From Nitrosospira multiformis ATCC 25196 (GTDB lineage: Bacteria; Pseudomonadota; Gammaproteobacteria; Burkholderiales; Nitrosomonadaceae): DNA of 32,000 nt. The DNA lies in assembly GCF_000196355.1 (NCBI RefSeq), contig NC_007614.1, positions 1,050,001-1,082,000 of the forward strand, in the 5' to 3' direction. Each line of letters starts with the position of its first letter. Position 1 is the stretch's first letter. The translations under genes were made by a program, and so were the position numbers. The notes beneath the pieces are model-generated. The model was not told the DNA's origin and did not search any database. It saw only the letters and a list, made by a program, of their open reading frames with translations. Below, in pieces: positions 7,739-19,700 of the stretch.

Positions 7739-10700
7739 TCATACCAAAGCCTCATACACCACGCCATTGGATGAAGCGACACGCAGCGAGCCATCCGGGG
7801 CAAAGGCCAAGCCGGAGATCTCACTGTCGTTGACACCCTGGGAGGCAAGATCGATGCGGCGCACTTCCGTGCCGGTGCGGGTGAACTCCACCAGCGTGGC
7901 GGCTGCAGAATAGGTTCCCAGCCACAGGTTGCCCGTGACCGGATCGATCGTCAGGCCGGCATAGCTGTATGTGGTGAAAGGCACCGCGAAACTCGCGATC
8001 TCGGCACCGGTCGCGGCATTGATCTCCACGATGCGGTTGCCCGAATTGCGCGCATCCGTCACGAACAGGTGGCCGCTGGCCGCATCGAACACACCGGCGG
8101 CAAGATCGTAGTTCTGCCCCAGCGTGAGGCTCGCAATCACCGCCCCATTTGCCGCATTGACGGCAACCACCCGGTCTGGGCTGGCGTAGCCATTGAACAG
8201 CAGCAGGCTGCCTTGAGGCACGTTGGTCCCATTGAGATTGATCGCCTCGCCCAGCACCTGCAGCCCCGCCAGGCTGAAGGCATAAGGCGCGCCAAAGGCA
8301 TCGGTGAGCGTGATGGTCTGCAGGATCGCGCCGCTGGCTTCATCGATGCGCAGGATATGGCCGGGATTGCTGTTGTCGCTCACCCACAACGCTCCCGTGA
8401 CAGGATCCACCGCCACATCGCCCAGAAGACCTATCGCCCCCGTGTCGCTGCCCGGGCGCAGCAGGTTGAGATCCAGCGCCGCGGAGGTGCCGCCCGCGGT
8501 AGTGACGGTGAGCCCCCCCAGGCCGTGGCGCGGCAGAGTACTGTTATCCAGATAGGCGCGCCCATTCTGGTCGGTGTTGTAGTACACATCCACTCCACCA
8601 TTGACCCGGCTGTCGGCTACCGTTGCGCCGGCAAAGCCATAGCTGCTCGCGCCTTCCACGAAACCCGAGCCGTACAGGTACAGTGCGCCACTCTGCACAT
8701 CAAAGCCGGTAAGCTTGGGCACGATCTGCAGCAGGGGCTGGCTGGCCGAGCCGAATACCTGCAAACTGGCTACCCCATTGGCGTATTCCGGAATGACGAG
8801 CGTGGCGCTGCTGCCATCGGCCGCCGCGCTGGTCGGACTCAGGCGGGTCATCCGCGCATCGCCGTTGACATCGGTCCAGCGCAGCAGCACATCGGTGGCG
8901 GTGGATAGCCCCGTGCCCTGCAGGGTGACCGCCTGCCCCGGATTGGCCGAGGCCTCGTCCGCATCCGCGGGTGTGCCGCTCAAGGCCGTGGCGGCTATGC
9001 CGCTCAAGTTGACGCTGTAGCTCGCGCTGGCGCCGCCCGCGGTCCTGATGCTGATGGGGCCGAAGGTGCCGCTCGACAGCGGCACCGTCACTGTGACCTG
9101 GCCGTTGGCGGTGTACACCCCATTGACATATCCGTAATAAACGTCCGGCCCGGTGTTCACCCCCGCATCCAGCACCACGTCGCTCCCGAACCGGTATTCG
9201 CTGTTGTTGCCTTCCACAAACCCCAGTCCGCTGATCACTACCGTCGCACTGCTGCCATCACTCGCCACTCCCTGTACCTGAACGTCCACAATCACAGGAA
9301 GTATCTGCAAGGCCAGTGCGCTGGCGTTGCGGTCGCCCACCACACGCACCGTGCCGGTAACCGCATTCAATGGCACCGCCACCTGGATTTCCGTGCCCCC
9401 CGCATTGACGGTAGCGGGCCGCACAATCAACTGGCTGCGGTTGCCGTTATTGTCCACCGTCTCGAACACCACATCCGTGCTGGCATCCAGCCCGCTGCCT
9501 TGCAGCTTGATGGTCTGGCCGGGCACGGCTGAGGCCTGGGTACTGTTGGCAGGCGTGCCGCTGTCGGCGCTGGCCGTAATGCCGGTGATGCTCAAGCCGA
9601 AAGCAGCGCTGGTGCCACCAATGGTGGCGACCTGAATGGGGCCAGTGGGGACGTTCGTAGGTACAATCAGATTGAGGGTCGTATTCTCTCCATAGCCCAA
9701 GGCTGTCTTGCCATCGACATAACCTTGATAAACGTCCGGTCCGGTATTCCGTGATGAATCGTTCAGTCGCTGACCACCGAACAATACGGCAATGGCGCCT
9801 TCGGCAAAACCGCTGCCGCTGAGCGTCAGGAAGCCACCGTTGTAAATACTGTTGAGGCTGGCACTGATATCGCCTAGTGTGGGCACGATCTGCAGCAACA
9901 CGCCGCTGCTGTCTCGGGCAAGACGCAGCGTGCCGGTGGTCGCGTCAACGGGCACGACCACCGTCATGCTGTTGCCATCCGCAGCCACGCTCGCCGGCAC
10001 GATAGCTCGCTCAGCCAGCCGACCGGAACTGTCGATGGTGGTAAACACCACCCTGTCGCTGCCTTGTAGGCCGCTGCCTTGCAAGGTGATGGTCTGACCG
10101 GTGTTGGCGGAAGCAATGCCACTGCTGGCAGGCGTGCCGCTGCCAGCAATGGCGCTGATGCCCGAGAGATTCCTGCCTGCCAGGCTGGCCGTTCCACCGC
10201 GGGTGCTGACGGTGATGATGCCTGTTGTCACCCCGGTGGGTACGGTCAGGGTCAGCAACTGCTGATCTGCCGAACTGCTGCCAAGACCCTCGAACACAGT
10301 GCGTACATTGAAGCTGCCGGTGGCGCGGCCATCGATCTGCACGGTCAGTTCGGAACCGACCAGCCCAGTGCCTTCCAGCACCACGGTGCTGCCTGGTGCC
10401 AAGCTGCCTCCAAGCGACTTGAGGGTGGGCACGATCTGCAGGTCGAAGCCCGCGTTGCTGCCCAGCACCGTGACCTTGCCCGTGCGCGCCAGCGCAGGTA
10501 CTTCGATGCTGAGACTGGTGCCACCGCTGCCCGGCGTGCCGGTGCGGGTAATGGTGCCCAGCGCCCCGCTGTCGTCGATCCCGGTAAACTGCACCAGGGT
10601 CTGGGCGGTGAAAGCCTGTCCGGTAAGCGTGATGGTCTGCCCGGTGTTGGCCGAGGCCTTGGTGGCATCGGCCACCGTACCGCTATTGGCTGACGCGGTA

Positions 10701-13700
10701 AGACCGGTGAAGAGAACGGTCGGCTGCGTCCCGAAGGCCGAGCCTGCGATCTCGGCATAGCCGCCTTCGGTGGTCACGCGGATGGCGCCATCGAGCGTAC
10801 GTGGGGCTATCACGCCCAGGGTGTCGTTGCGCGTCCCGCTGACATCCACGCCATTGACCGCAGCGCCAGTAAAGACCCTGCCGCCGATGGTCACGGTGCT
10901 GGTTCCTTCCATGAAGCCCGAGCCGATGAGGTTGAAGGCATTGTCGCTGCCCGGCCGCCCGCTCAGACCACTCAGAGTCGGCACGATCTGCAGGCGTATG
11001 CCGCTGCTGGCGCCATAAGTTTGTACCGATTGTGCATCCGGATAGTAATTGGCGAAGGTTTCCCGGAAGATCTGCTGCCCGTCGGCCGTGATCTGGATGA
11101 GATCCGGGCCAGCGGTGGGATGGCTCCCCTCCCAGCTGTCCAGCGCATACAGATCGAAGCTCAGGGTATAGGTCTGCCCGGCAGTCAGCCCGCTCAGGTT
11201 CAGCACCTGGCTCGCATTGCCAAAGCGCCCGGAGAATTCGCTGAAGGTGCCCAAGGCATTGCGATTGGTTATCTGGTTGCTCCAGTTGGCCTTGGCCCCG
11301 CCTTCAAAGGTGTCCGCAAATACAGTAGTTGAGCCTTGCTTGACGACAACGTTGTCGATGCCCCAGCTCTCGTCGTTGATATCCTGCAGCCCGCCGTCGG
11401 CAAAGCGCAGCACGGCCGTGCTGCTATTGGCCGTAAAGGTGGTCGTGACATTGCGGTAGATGGCATCGTTGTAGCTGGTGAAACCGAGGTTGCTGGCGCC
11501 TGTATTGACGACCTTGACCTCTCCGGTCGCAGCCAGGTCGGGCACCAGCACCTGCAAACGCGTGCCCGCATCATTTATCGCCAGAGGCTTGATGGCGACT
11601 ATGCTGGTGTTGCCGTTGCTGTCGCGGGTGTTGAACAATACCTGGGTGCCCGCCCCGAAGTTGGTGCCGCGCAGTTCGATGATCTGGCCGATATTGGCCG
11701 CGGCCACGCCGCTCTGTGCAGCCACGCCATCGGTGGCGGAAGCCAGGACCTGCGTGAGTGTGGCGCGCTGAACCGCGTCATCATGCGCAGGATCGATCCG
11801 GTACACCACGCCATTGGATGAAGCGACACGCAGCGAGCCATCCGGGGCAAAGGCCAAGCCGGAGATCTCACTGTCGTTGACACCCTGGGAGGCAAGATCG
11901 ATGCGGCGCACTTCCGTGCCGGTGCGGGTGAACTCCACCAGCGTGGCGGCTGCAGAATAGGTTCCCAGCCACAGGTTGCCCGTGACCGGATCGATCGTCA
12001 GGCCGGCATAGCTGTATGTGGTGAAAGGCACCGCGAAACTCGCGATCTCGGCACCGGTCGCGGCATTGATCTCCACGATGCGGTTGCCCGAATTGCGCGC
12101 ATCCGTCACGAACAGGTGGCCGCTGGCCGCATCGAACACACCGGCGGCAAGATCGTAGTTCTGCCCCAGCGTGAGGCTCGCAATCACCGCCCCATTTGCC
12201 GCATTGACGGCAACCACCCGGTCTGGGCTGGCGTAGCCATTGAACAGCAGCAGGCTGCCTTGAGGCACGTTGGTCCCATTGAGATTGATCGCCTCGCCCA
12301 GCACCTGCAGCCCCGCCAGGCTGAAGGCATAAGGCGCGCCAAAGGCATCGGTGAGCGTGATGGTCTGCAGGATCGCGCCGCTGGCTTCATCGATGCGCAG
12401 GATATGGCCGGGATTGCTGTTGTCGCTCACCCACAACGCTCCCGTGACAGGATCCACCGCCACATCGCCCAGAAGACCTATCGCCCCCGTGTCGCTGCCC
12501 GAGCGCAGCAGGTTGAGATCCAGCGCCGCGGAGGTGCCGCCCGCGGTAGTGACGGTGAGCCCCCCCAGGCCGTGGCGCGGCAGAGTACTGTTATCCAGAT
12601 AGGCGCGCCCATTCTGGTCGGTGTTGTAGTACACATCCACTCCACCATTGACCCGGCTGTCGGCTACCGTTGCGCCGGCAAAGCCATAGCTGCTCGCGCC
12701 TTCCACGAAACCCGAGCCGTACAGGTACAGTGCGCCACTCTGCACATCAAAGCCGGTAAGCTTGGGCACGATCTGCAGCAGGGGCTGGCTGGCCGAGCCG
12801 AATACCTGCAAACTGGCTACCCCATTGGCGTATTCCGGAATGACGAGCGTGGCGCTGCTGCCATCGGCCGCCGCGCTGGTCGGACTCAGGCGGGTCATCC
12901 GCGCATCGCCGTTGACATCGGTCCAGCGCAGCAGCACATCGGTGGCGGTGGATAGCCCCGTGCCCTGCAGGGTGACCGCCTGCCCCGGATTGGCCGAGGC
13001 CTCGTCCGCATCCGCGGGTGTGCCGCTCAAGGCCGTGGCGGCTATGCCGCTCAAGTTGACGCTGTAGCTCGCGCTGGCGCCGCCCGCGGTCCTGATGCTG
13101 ATGGGGCCGAAGGTGCCGCTCGACAGCGGCACCGTCACTGTGACCTGGCCGTTGGCGGTGTACACCCCATTGACATATCCGTAATAAACGTCCGGCCCGG
13201 TGTTCACCCCCGCATCCAGCACCACGTCGCTCCCGAACCGGTATTCGCTGTTGTTGCCTTCCACAAACCCCAGTCCGCTGATCACTACCGTCGCACTGCT
13301 GCCATCACTCGCCACTCCCTGTACCTGAACGTCCACAATCACAGGAAGTATCTGCAGCAGGAATGTCCCATCCGCAAAAGTCGTTTTGGTACTGCCGACC
13401 TGTGAAAACACCTGGATCTCGCCGGTGACCGCATCCAGCGGCACCCTGAAATAAGCCAGGCCCTGCGTAGCATCAAAACGACTGACCACCACGTCACGCG
13501 TGGTTTTGTTTCCACTCGCATCGATCACGTTGAATGTGGTGCGGGCCGTGGCAGGATCGAAGGGAACGGGTAGGCCGATTTCCTGGCCTGGATTGGCAGA
13601 GGGCGCCTGGGTGATTTCAGGCATGCCGCTGCCCGCGCGGATATCGCTGGCAGGACGGATGGTGAAATTAAGGACAATGGGCGCGGTAAGCGCATTGCCC

Positions 13701-16700
13701 GCCTTGTCCGCTATCACCGACGGATCGATGCGCAACTGGTAGGTTCCGGGCAGCAGGTAGCCATTCGGCAGGATGGAGAGCGATTGGCCGAAGGAGCGGG
13801 TATCCAGCCGCACATCGATTGCCCTGTCATCCGCCGTGCCCGCGACGCCATCCGAACCGGTGTTTATCAGCTCAATGCCCGACAGGTTCAGCTTGGCAAG
13901 ATCCAGCGGCTCGTCGAACGACACGTCGATCGAACGGACGAAGAAGACGCGTGCGCCCTCATCCAGGCTCATCTTCGTCACCTGGGGTGCGAAGGTGTCA
14001 GGTACCACGTCCAGCACCACCGGATCAGACAGTGTGGCGTTGCCGCCTGTATCCGTGGCGCGGACCTGGATGGTCAGCTTGTTGCCGCTTTGTGCGATCG
14101 TTGGCGCCTGTGCGAACAGTTCGAACGGGAAGGCGGCGTCGTTCGATACCACCTGCCCGTTGACCAGCAGCTCGACATTGCGCACCTGCACATCATCGGT
14201 CACAGTGGGAATGACACTGACCGTGCGGCCTTCCAGCACCTGGATGCCGGCCTTTTCCGGATCGACATCGATCCCATCCACCTCGATGGATACCGTGGGG
14301 GCGACACCCTTGGTATCAAACCCTATGTAGTTGACGATCTGCAGTCCGGCTGCGCCATCGGCGACGAAGGCGAGACCGTTGGCGAGCACCACATCCCTGG
14401 GAGCAGCCGGCAGGTTGATGCGGGTGATGAAGCTGCCGGTATTGGTGGGATCGTTGCTGCTGCTGACATCCAGTGCATAAATCTGCTCGCCGCGTGGACC
14501 GCGCAGATTGCCGGCGGTGACGAGCAGCCCGGAACCGGTGGCAGCCAGCGACTGACCGGCTATATTGGCTGCATCGATGCTGCTAATCAATTTCAAGTCG
14601 GCAGGGTCGGAGACATCGACCGTGCTGTACCCCTGGGTGAAATCGGTGGCAGTGCCGACATAGGCCACGCCGCCACCCACGAAGAGCTTGCCGCCGCCGG
14701 CGTCCAGCACTAGCGAATCGCGCAGGGTGAGCAAATCGCCATCTATACTGATTGCACGCAGCGTACGGTTGGTATCCATGGTGTAAAGTGTCTTGCCTTC
14801 GAGCGCCAGGCCGGTCAGTGTCGTCCCACTAGAATTCCCCAGATCCAGAGTCTGGCGTATATCCCCCGTATTCAAGTCCACGGCTGCGACGCTATCCCCA
14901 ACTGCGATATAAGCGAGACCATCGCGCACTTTGACCTGCGTGACGAAATCGCCAAAGGTTATCGTTTGTCGCAGGACGGGCAAAACAGGGTTCGAGACAT
15001 CGATGATATGCAGTCCACCCTCGTTAGCCGCCACAGCGGCCAGTCCACGGACTGCATCTACGGCGACATCTTTGTTTGAGCCGGAGAGCTTTAGCTCGGC
15101 AAGTAATGTAGGTTTGGTGAACCGTGATACGTCGACTACGGCCAGACCAGAACTACCGGTGGCGACATAAGCAGTTAGTTTCGACGCATCGGAAGTAGAC
15201 CCTGCAACTGACACCGCTTCGGCTGTGCCCTGGAGAGTTGTCGCAGACACCACACCTGTGGGAATGCCAAGCCCGCCAAGTGGATTGAGGCCCTGCAGTA
15301 ATTCAGAGAAGTCAAGAATGCCGTCTCCGTCAGTATCTCGATCTAAAAGATTTGTTCCAATTATTTTTTCAGCAACATCAGGTAAACTGTCTGAGTCCAA
15401 ATCAATAAGTCTGCTAGCTGACAAATAGAGCGGATTTGGAATTCTCGTGCTTGTACCGGAGGCGGAACTACTGAATTCGGCCCAACCGTAGCGGCCAGAA
15501 GCAGCGTCATAGATTTCAACTCTAAGCTTAGAATCGGCAGGAAGCATCGTATCTATGGTTCCATCTGCAGCTGTTTGTCCTCGAAGTTCGAACCCCGTTC
15601 TTAAATCCGTTATCAAGAAAAAAGCGTTGCCTGGGTTTCCTACAATGCTAGCTATTCCATCTGCTAGTGTACTGCCTACATTAAGGACCTTTGATTCAAG
15701 ATCGCCTATGCTGATCGCAGAGGAGTCGATTAATTCCCGTTGGTGAGCCAATAAGGCAGTAAAAGTGTTGTTGGTGGCTGCAAGCAGGTCATCCGATGTA
15801 GTGGCGACAGCGGTCTTACTTGAATTCGCTATGAAAGCTACTCCCGATGTGAGAATACTTCCCGATTCTGTCGATTGCGCTTCAATATCACCGATTCCCA
15901 GCGCGACTTCGATAGCATCAAGACCTATGCATACCGCTTCGAAGCCCGCTTTTGTTATTAAATTCTTAATGCCCCCTCTAACCAAGTCTAAAAGGCTTTC
16001 GGCGTTGCTAACCGTAAACTCCGCGACATCTATCGCACTGCAACCGACCTCGACCCAAAAAGTCGGACAATCATGCTCCTTTAGGGCTTTAACAAGCGAG
16101 TCGCAGGCTTCGCTAAGTTCCTCAAGGATAGGTTTAGCCGCTTCAAGCGTTTTTTCCAACAGTCCAACAGGATTTTTTGACGTCGCTTGTTCGACCACGG
16201 CCTCATATATAGCTTTCCACCGATCCTTGTTCGTTTTGATTAATTCAAATCCTAATCTAAGGGCACTAGGATCCCCACCACTATCAACCTGCTTTTTAAA
16301 TTCGGCAAATTGTTCAATCATTGTGGTGGCCATTTGAGCAGACTCACTCATGATGGTATAGAACTCACGCAGACCCGCAATGTTCTTGACCAGATTGCGT
16401 ATGAGACTATCAACAGCGGCAGGGACGCGATCTAAGAGCGCATCCTTTGCTGCACCTAACTCGTCACAGTCTTCCTCGGGTAATGGATCTCTTGGGGGAT
16501 TCGGACCATTAGTCGGCGAGCCTGGCGGTGTCATCCCATGCCACCCCGGTGCCATAACCCCTGACCCTTCATCTGACACCACTGTTTTTCCATCGGCAGA
16601 TACCGTCCCGGTGCCGCTGATCACCAGCAATCCGGTCGTATGATCGAAGCTCAGAATGTTGAGCTTAGTTCCCGGAGCAGCATTGAACACGTTCGGGAAG

Positions 16701-19700
16701 GTAATCTGTACGGGCTGGGTGAACGTGTTGACGCCCGGCGCCTGTATGGTGATATCGAAGCTGTGCTGCAAGACGCCTGGCGGCAGCATGTCGCGCACGA
16801 GTTCCGGCGGTACGGTGTTGATGCCGATCTTGACGTCATCCAATACCTTGCCGTCGAACCCCACGGCGCTGCCGGGCGGGACGGTCAAGGTGAGCTGGCT
16901 GCGCTGCTCGCCCGTCAGGTCCGGCGCGGATTTGTCGTCGACAGTGACAACGGTGGTTTCCGTCTGGCTGATCTGCTGGAGAGCGGAGGTCTGCACGCGT
17001 GGCAGGTAGACTTCGCGCCGGTCCGCATTGGCAAGCCGTTCCTCGTTGGAGCCCATGCTGCCCATTACCGTGTTGGTGATGCCAGGCAGCAGTTGTGTCG
17101 ACATGACCATCTCAGGGAAGAAGATCCCCTCCGGCGCATTGGTGGCTGTGCGCCCATCCACGACGACCTTGACTTCCCCTACCGGTACCTCGGTCAGCTC
17201 GAAGTTGCCATTGGCGTCGGTGTAGACCACCTTGTCTTCCAGACCGATGATGTAAACCTTGGCGTGCGCGATGGGGTTGAGGAAAACGTCGTCCGGGGTA
17301 TGGATGACGCCATCCGGGCCACGGCGGATGTCATCGAACGTCATAGGCAGCAGGTCGGGGCCGGGATCCACAACTTTGCCAACCAGCTTTGTGCCGGCGA
17401 CGACAGTGCTGCTGATGCTGGTAAAACTCCAGGTGAATTCGCCGCCCGCCGCGCCATTTCCATCCGCGTCCAGGAAAGCCCCGTCAGCCTGGGCGCGAAT
17501 GGCGGAGCCATTCAGGTGCAGCGTGATGTTGGAGCCGCCCGGCATGGGCTTGTCGAAGAACACCCAGGCGAAGCTGCCATCGAGTGCAGGAACGATGGTG
17601 GTATCGAGTTTAGTGCCATCCGGCCCGGTGGCGTAGAAGGTATTAGCGGTCAACGTATTGGGGTTGACCTCGCGCGAGAAAAATACCTGCGGACGATAGG
17701 TGACGCCCACGTCCCCGGTGCCTCCGGTGGGCGTCACCCGCGTGATGGTGAAGGGTGCCAGCGCCTCGACCTTGACCTCTCGTATGACATTCGCCGTGTT
17801 GCCGGCCGCATCCCTGGCGTTGAGCGCGAGCTTATGGTCGCCGATCCCCAGGTTACCCAGGATCAATGCCTGATCGAAACTTCCGGTGGTTGTATCGAAA
17901 ATCAGACTGTGCTTCTGCCCGCCATCCACGGTGTAGAACAATTCCACGAGCCAGGTGCCGGTGGGATCAGCCGTTCCCGTTACGCGGCTGGCAGCGGAAA
18001 GGGTTGCACCATCAGCGAGGCTTGCAAGGTCGAGCGCGGGTGCTTGGGTATCGAGGGTGAAGCTGCGGTTGAATCCGGCGGCGAGGTTGCCCGCGGCATC
18101 GCGCGCCAGGATGGTGACTGTGTGGCTGCCATCCGCCGTGCCGTCAAGTGCAAAAGCAGTAGTGATGCTGAATTTGCCATCCGCATCGAGCGCGAGATCC
18201 TTCAGATCACCCCCGTCGATCCGATACTGCGCGCTCACAACACCCGAGAGATTGTCCAGAATCTGGCCGCTGAGAGCGAGGTTGGTATTGAGCGCGACAG
18301 GTGTATCCTGGGCGATGACCATTGGTGCCTGGGTATCCGCATCGAGCGCGAAGCGGGCCAGTACTGCCTCGGCCACCTGGTGCCCCAGAGTCTGCCCGGC
18401 CTGGTTGGTAAATTCGTAATGAATGCCCCCGTAGACGCGACTGCGCCCCGCTTCGCCGGCGGCCGCATCGAAGTTGTCGAAGCTGCGGGTGACACCGGGA
18501 AGCGTGTAGGAAGTGGTGGAAAAGGAGGTATCGTTGCCGAAGACTTGATTGAGAATGCCGGCGGCGGCGGCACTGAATGTGGAGTGTCCCGAGACATATT
18601 CCGGATGGGCCGGGGTGATGAGCAGCGGTTTCCAGCCCTCTTCCTTGATGGTGGCTGCGTTGTTGTCCAGATCGGCGTTGTTGATCGCCGTTTCCGGACG
18701 CCACAAGCCGTAGGTATATTTTGCGTCCCAGCAGGCGATGGCTGCGTCAGCCAGAGCTATATTGAGCATGGCAAACAGCCGGGCATTGGCACTGAGGCTG
18801 TTGCCCTGCGCCCGCGCAATTTCCTCCGCAATCTGGTTCCAGTGGCCGGGCGGCGTGTAGCTACCCATACCATCTGCCCAGAACTGGGCCTGCTCCGTCT
18901 GGTCAGCGGTTCGCGTTGTGCTGTTGGCGCTGCCCACGCTGCGAACTTCTTCCACGGACTGTGCATACTCAGATGAGTCAAGCGCCGGTGGCGCGGGGGG
19001 ACGGAACTGATTCGCGGCGCTTAAAGCAAATGGGGTAACGGTTGACCATTGCGGTTGATCTGGAACATCGAACATCGGACCAGTTGGCCGCCATTTGCCC
19101 AGCTCGGTACTGCCCGGATAATCCACAAAGGTCTGTGCACCATCGTTGCCGCGCAACGCGAGAACGGTATCGGCCACTGCTGTGCCCAGTGCAATGCCGG
19201 CATCCTTGGCCGGTCCTTCCGCGACTTTAGCCAGGGAAGCTGCCAGCGCGGCGTCGAAGGTTCCTTTCTGGCCAGGATATTCCACAGTAAGAACCCGATG
19301 AGCTGCTGCCGCCACTGCGGCATCGGCGGAAACAGGGCCCGTGGCGCTGAGCTTGACCAGGTATGCCTGAGTGCCATCGATCGCGGCCAGGCTGTCGTAG
19401 ATTGCCAGACTCACCATGGCGAGCAGACGGGTCGCGATTGGGGGGTCAGTCACATCGAGGCGTATGGCTTCGAGCGCCTTACTGTTCCAGAACAGCGCCT
19501 GATCCTGCGTTATCTCTCCGGTGCGCTGGAAGGTGAGGCTGCGCTCCGAGGTATTTCCCGCTGCATCAATGGCGCGCAGGGTCAGGACATTGGCGCCATC
19601 CTGCAATGAAATGCCGGCCAACTGGAAGTTGCCCAGGTTGTTTGCAAGCGCTGAAATGGATGTGCCCACCACGGATATGCTGACTCCGGGTTCGGAGGTT

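Noticed and set aside
8069-8908. 279-aa plus-strand ORF with an identical twin at 12116-12955, which could be mistaken for a duplicated gene or IS element
   Set aside because: The identity simply reflects the 1,555-bp repeat within the minus-strand giant gene. The ORF is antisense, Arg/Gly-rich and has no transposase motifs or terminal inverted repeats.
7755-13356. Large exact repeats as a possible CRISPR array or IS copies
   Set aside because: There are only two copies of 1.5 kb, both in frame within a coding sequence. There is no short repeat-spacer periodicity, and there are no cas or transposase genes.
16640-18976. 778-aa plus-strand ORF, and other long plus-strand ORFs such as 13784-14713 and 19733-20650, inside the giant gene
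   Set aside because: They are antisense to a 15.65-kb ORF with clear domain content. Their translations are Arg/Gly/Ala-rich low-information sequence typical of shadow ORFs in GC-rich DNA, and they have no recognisable motifs.
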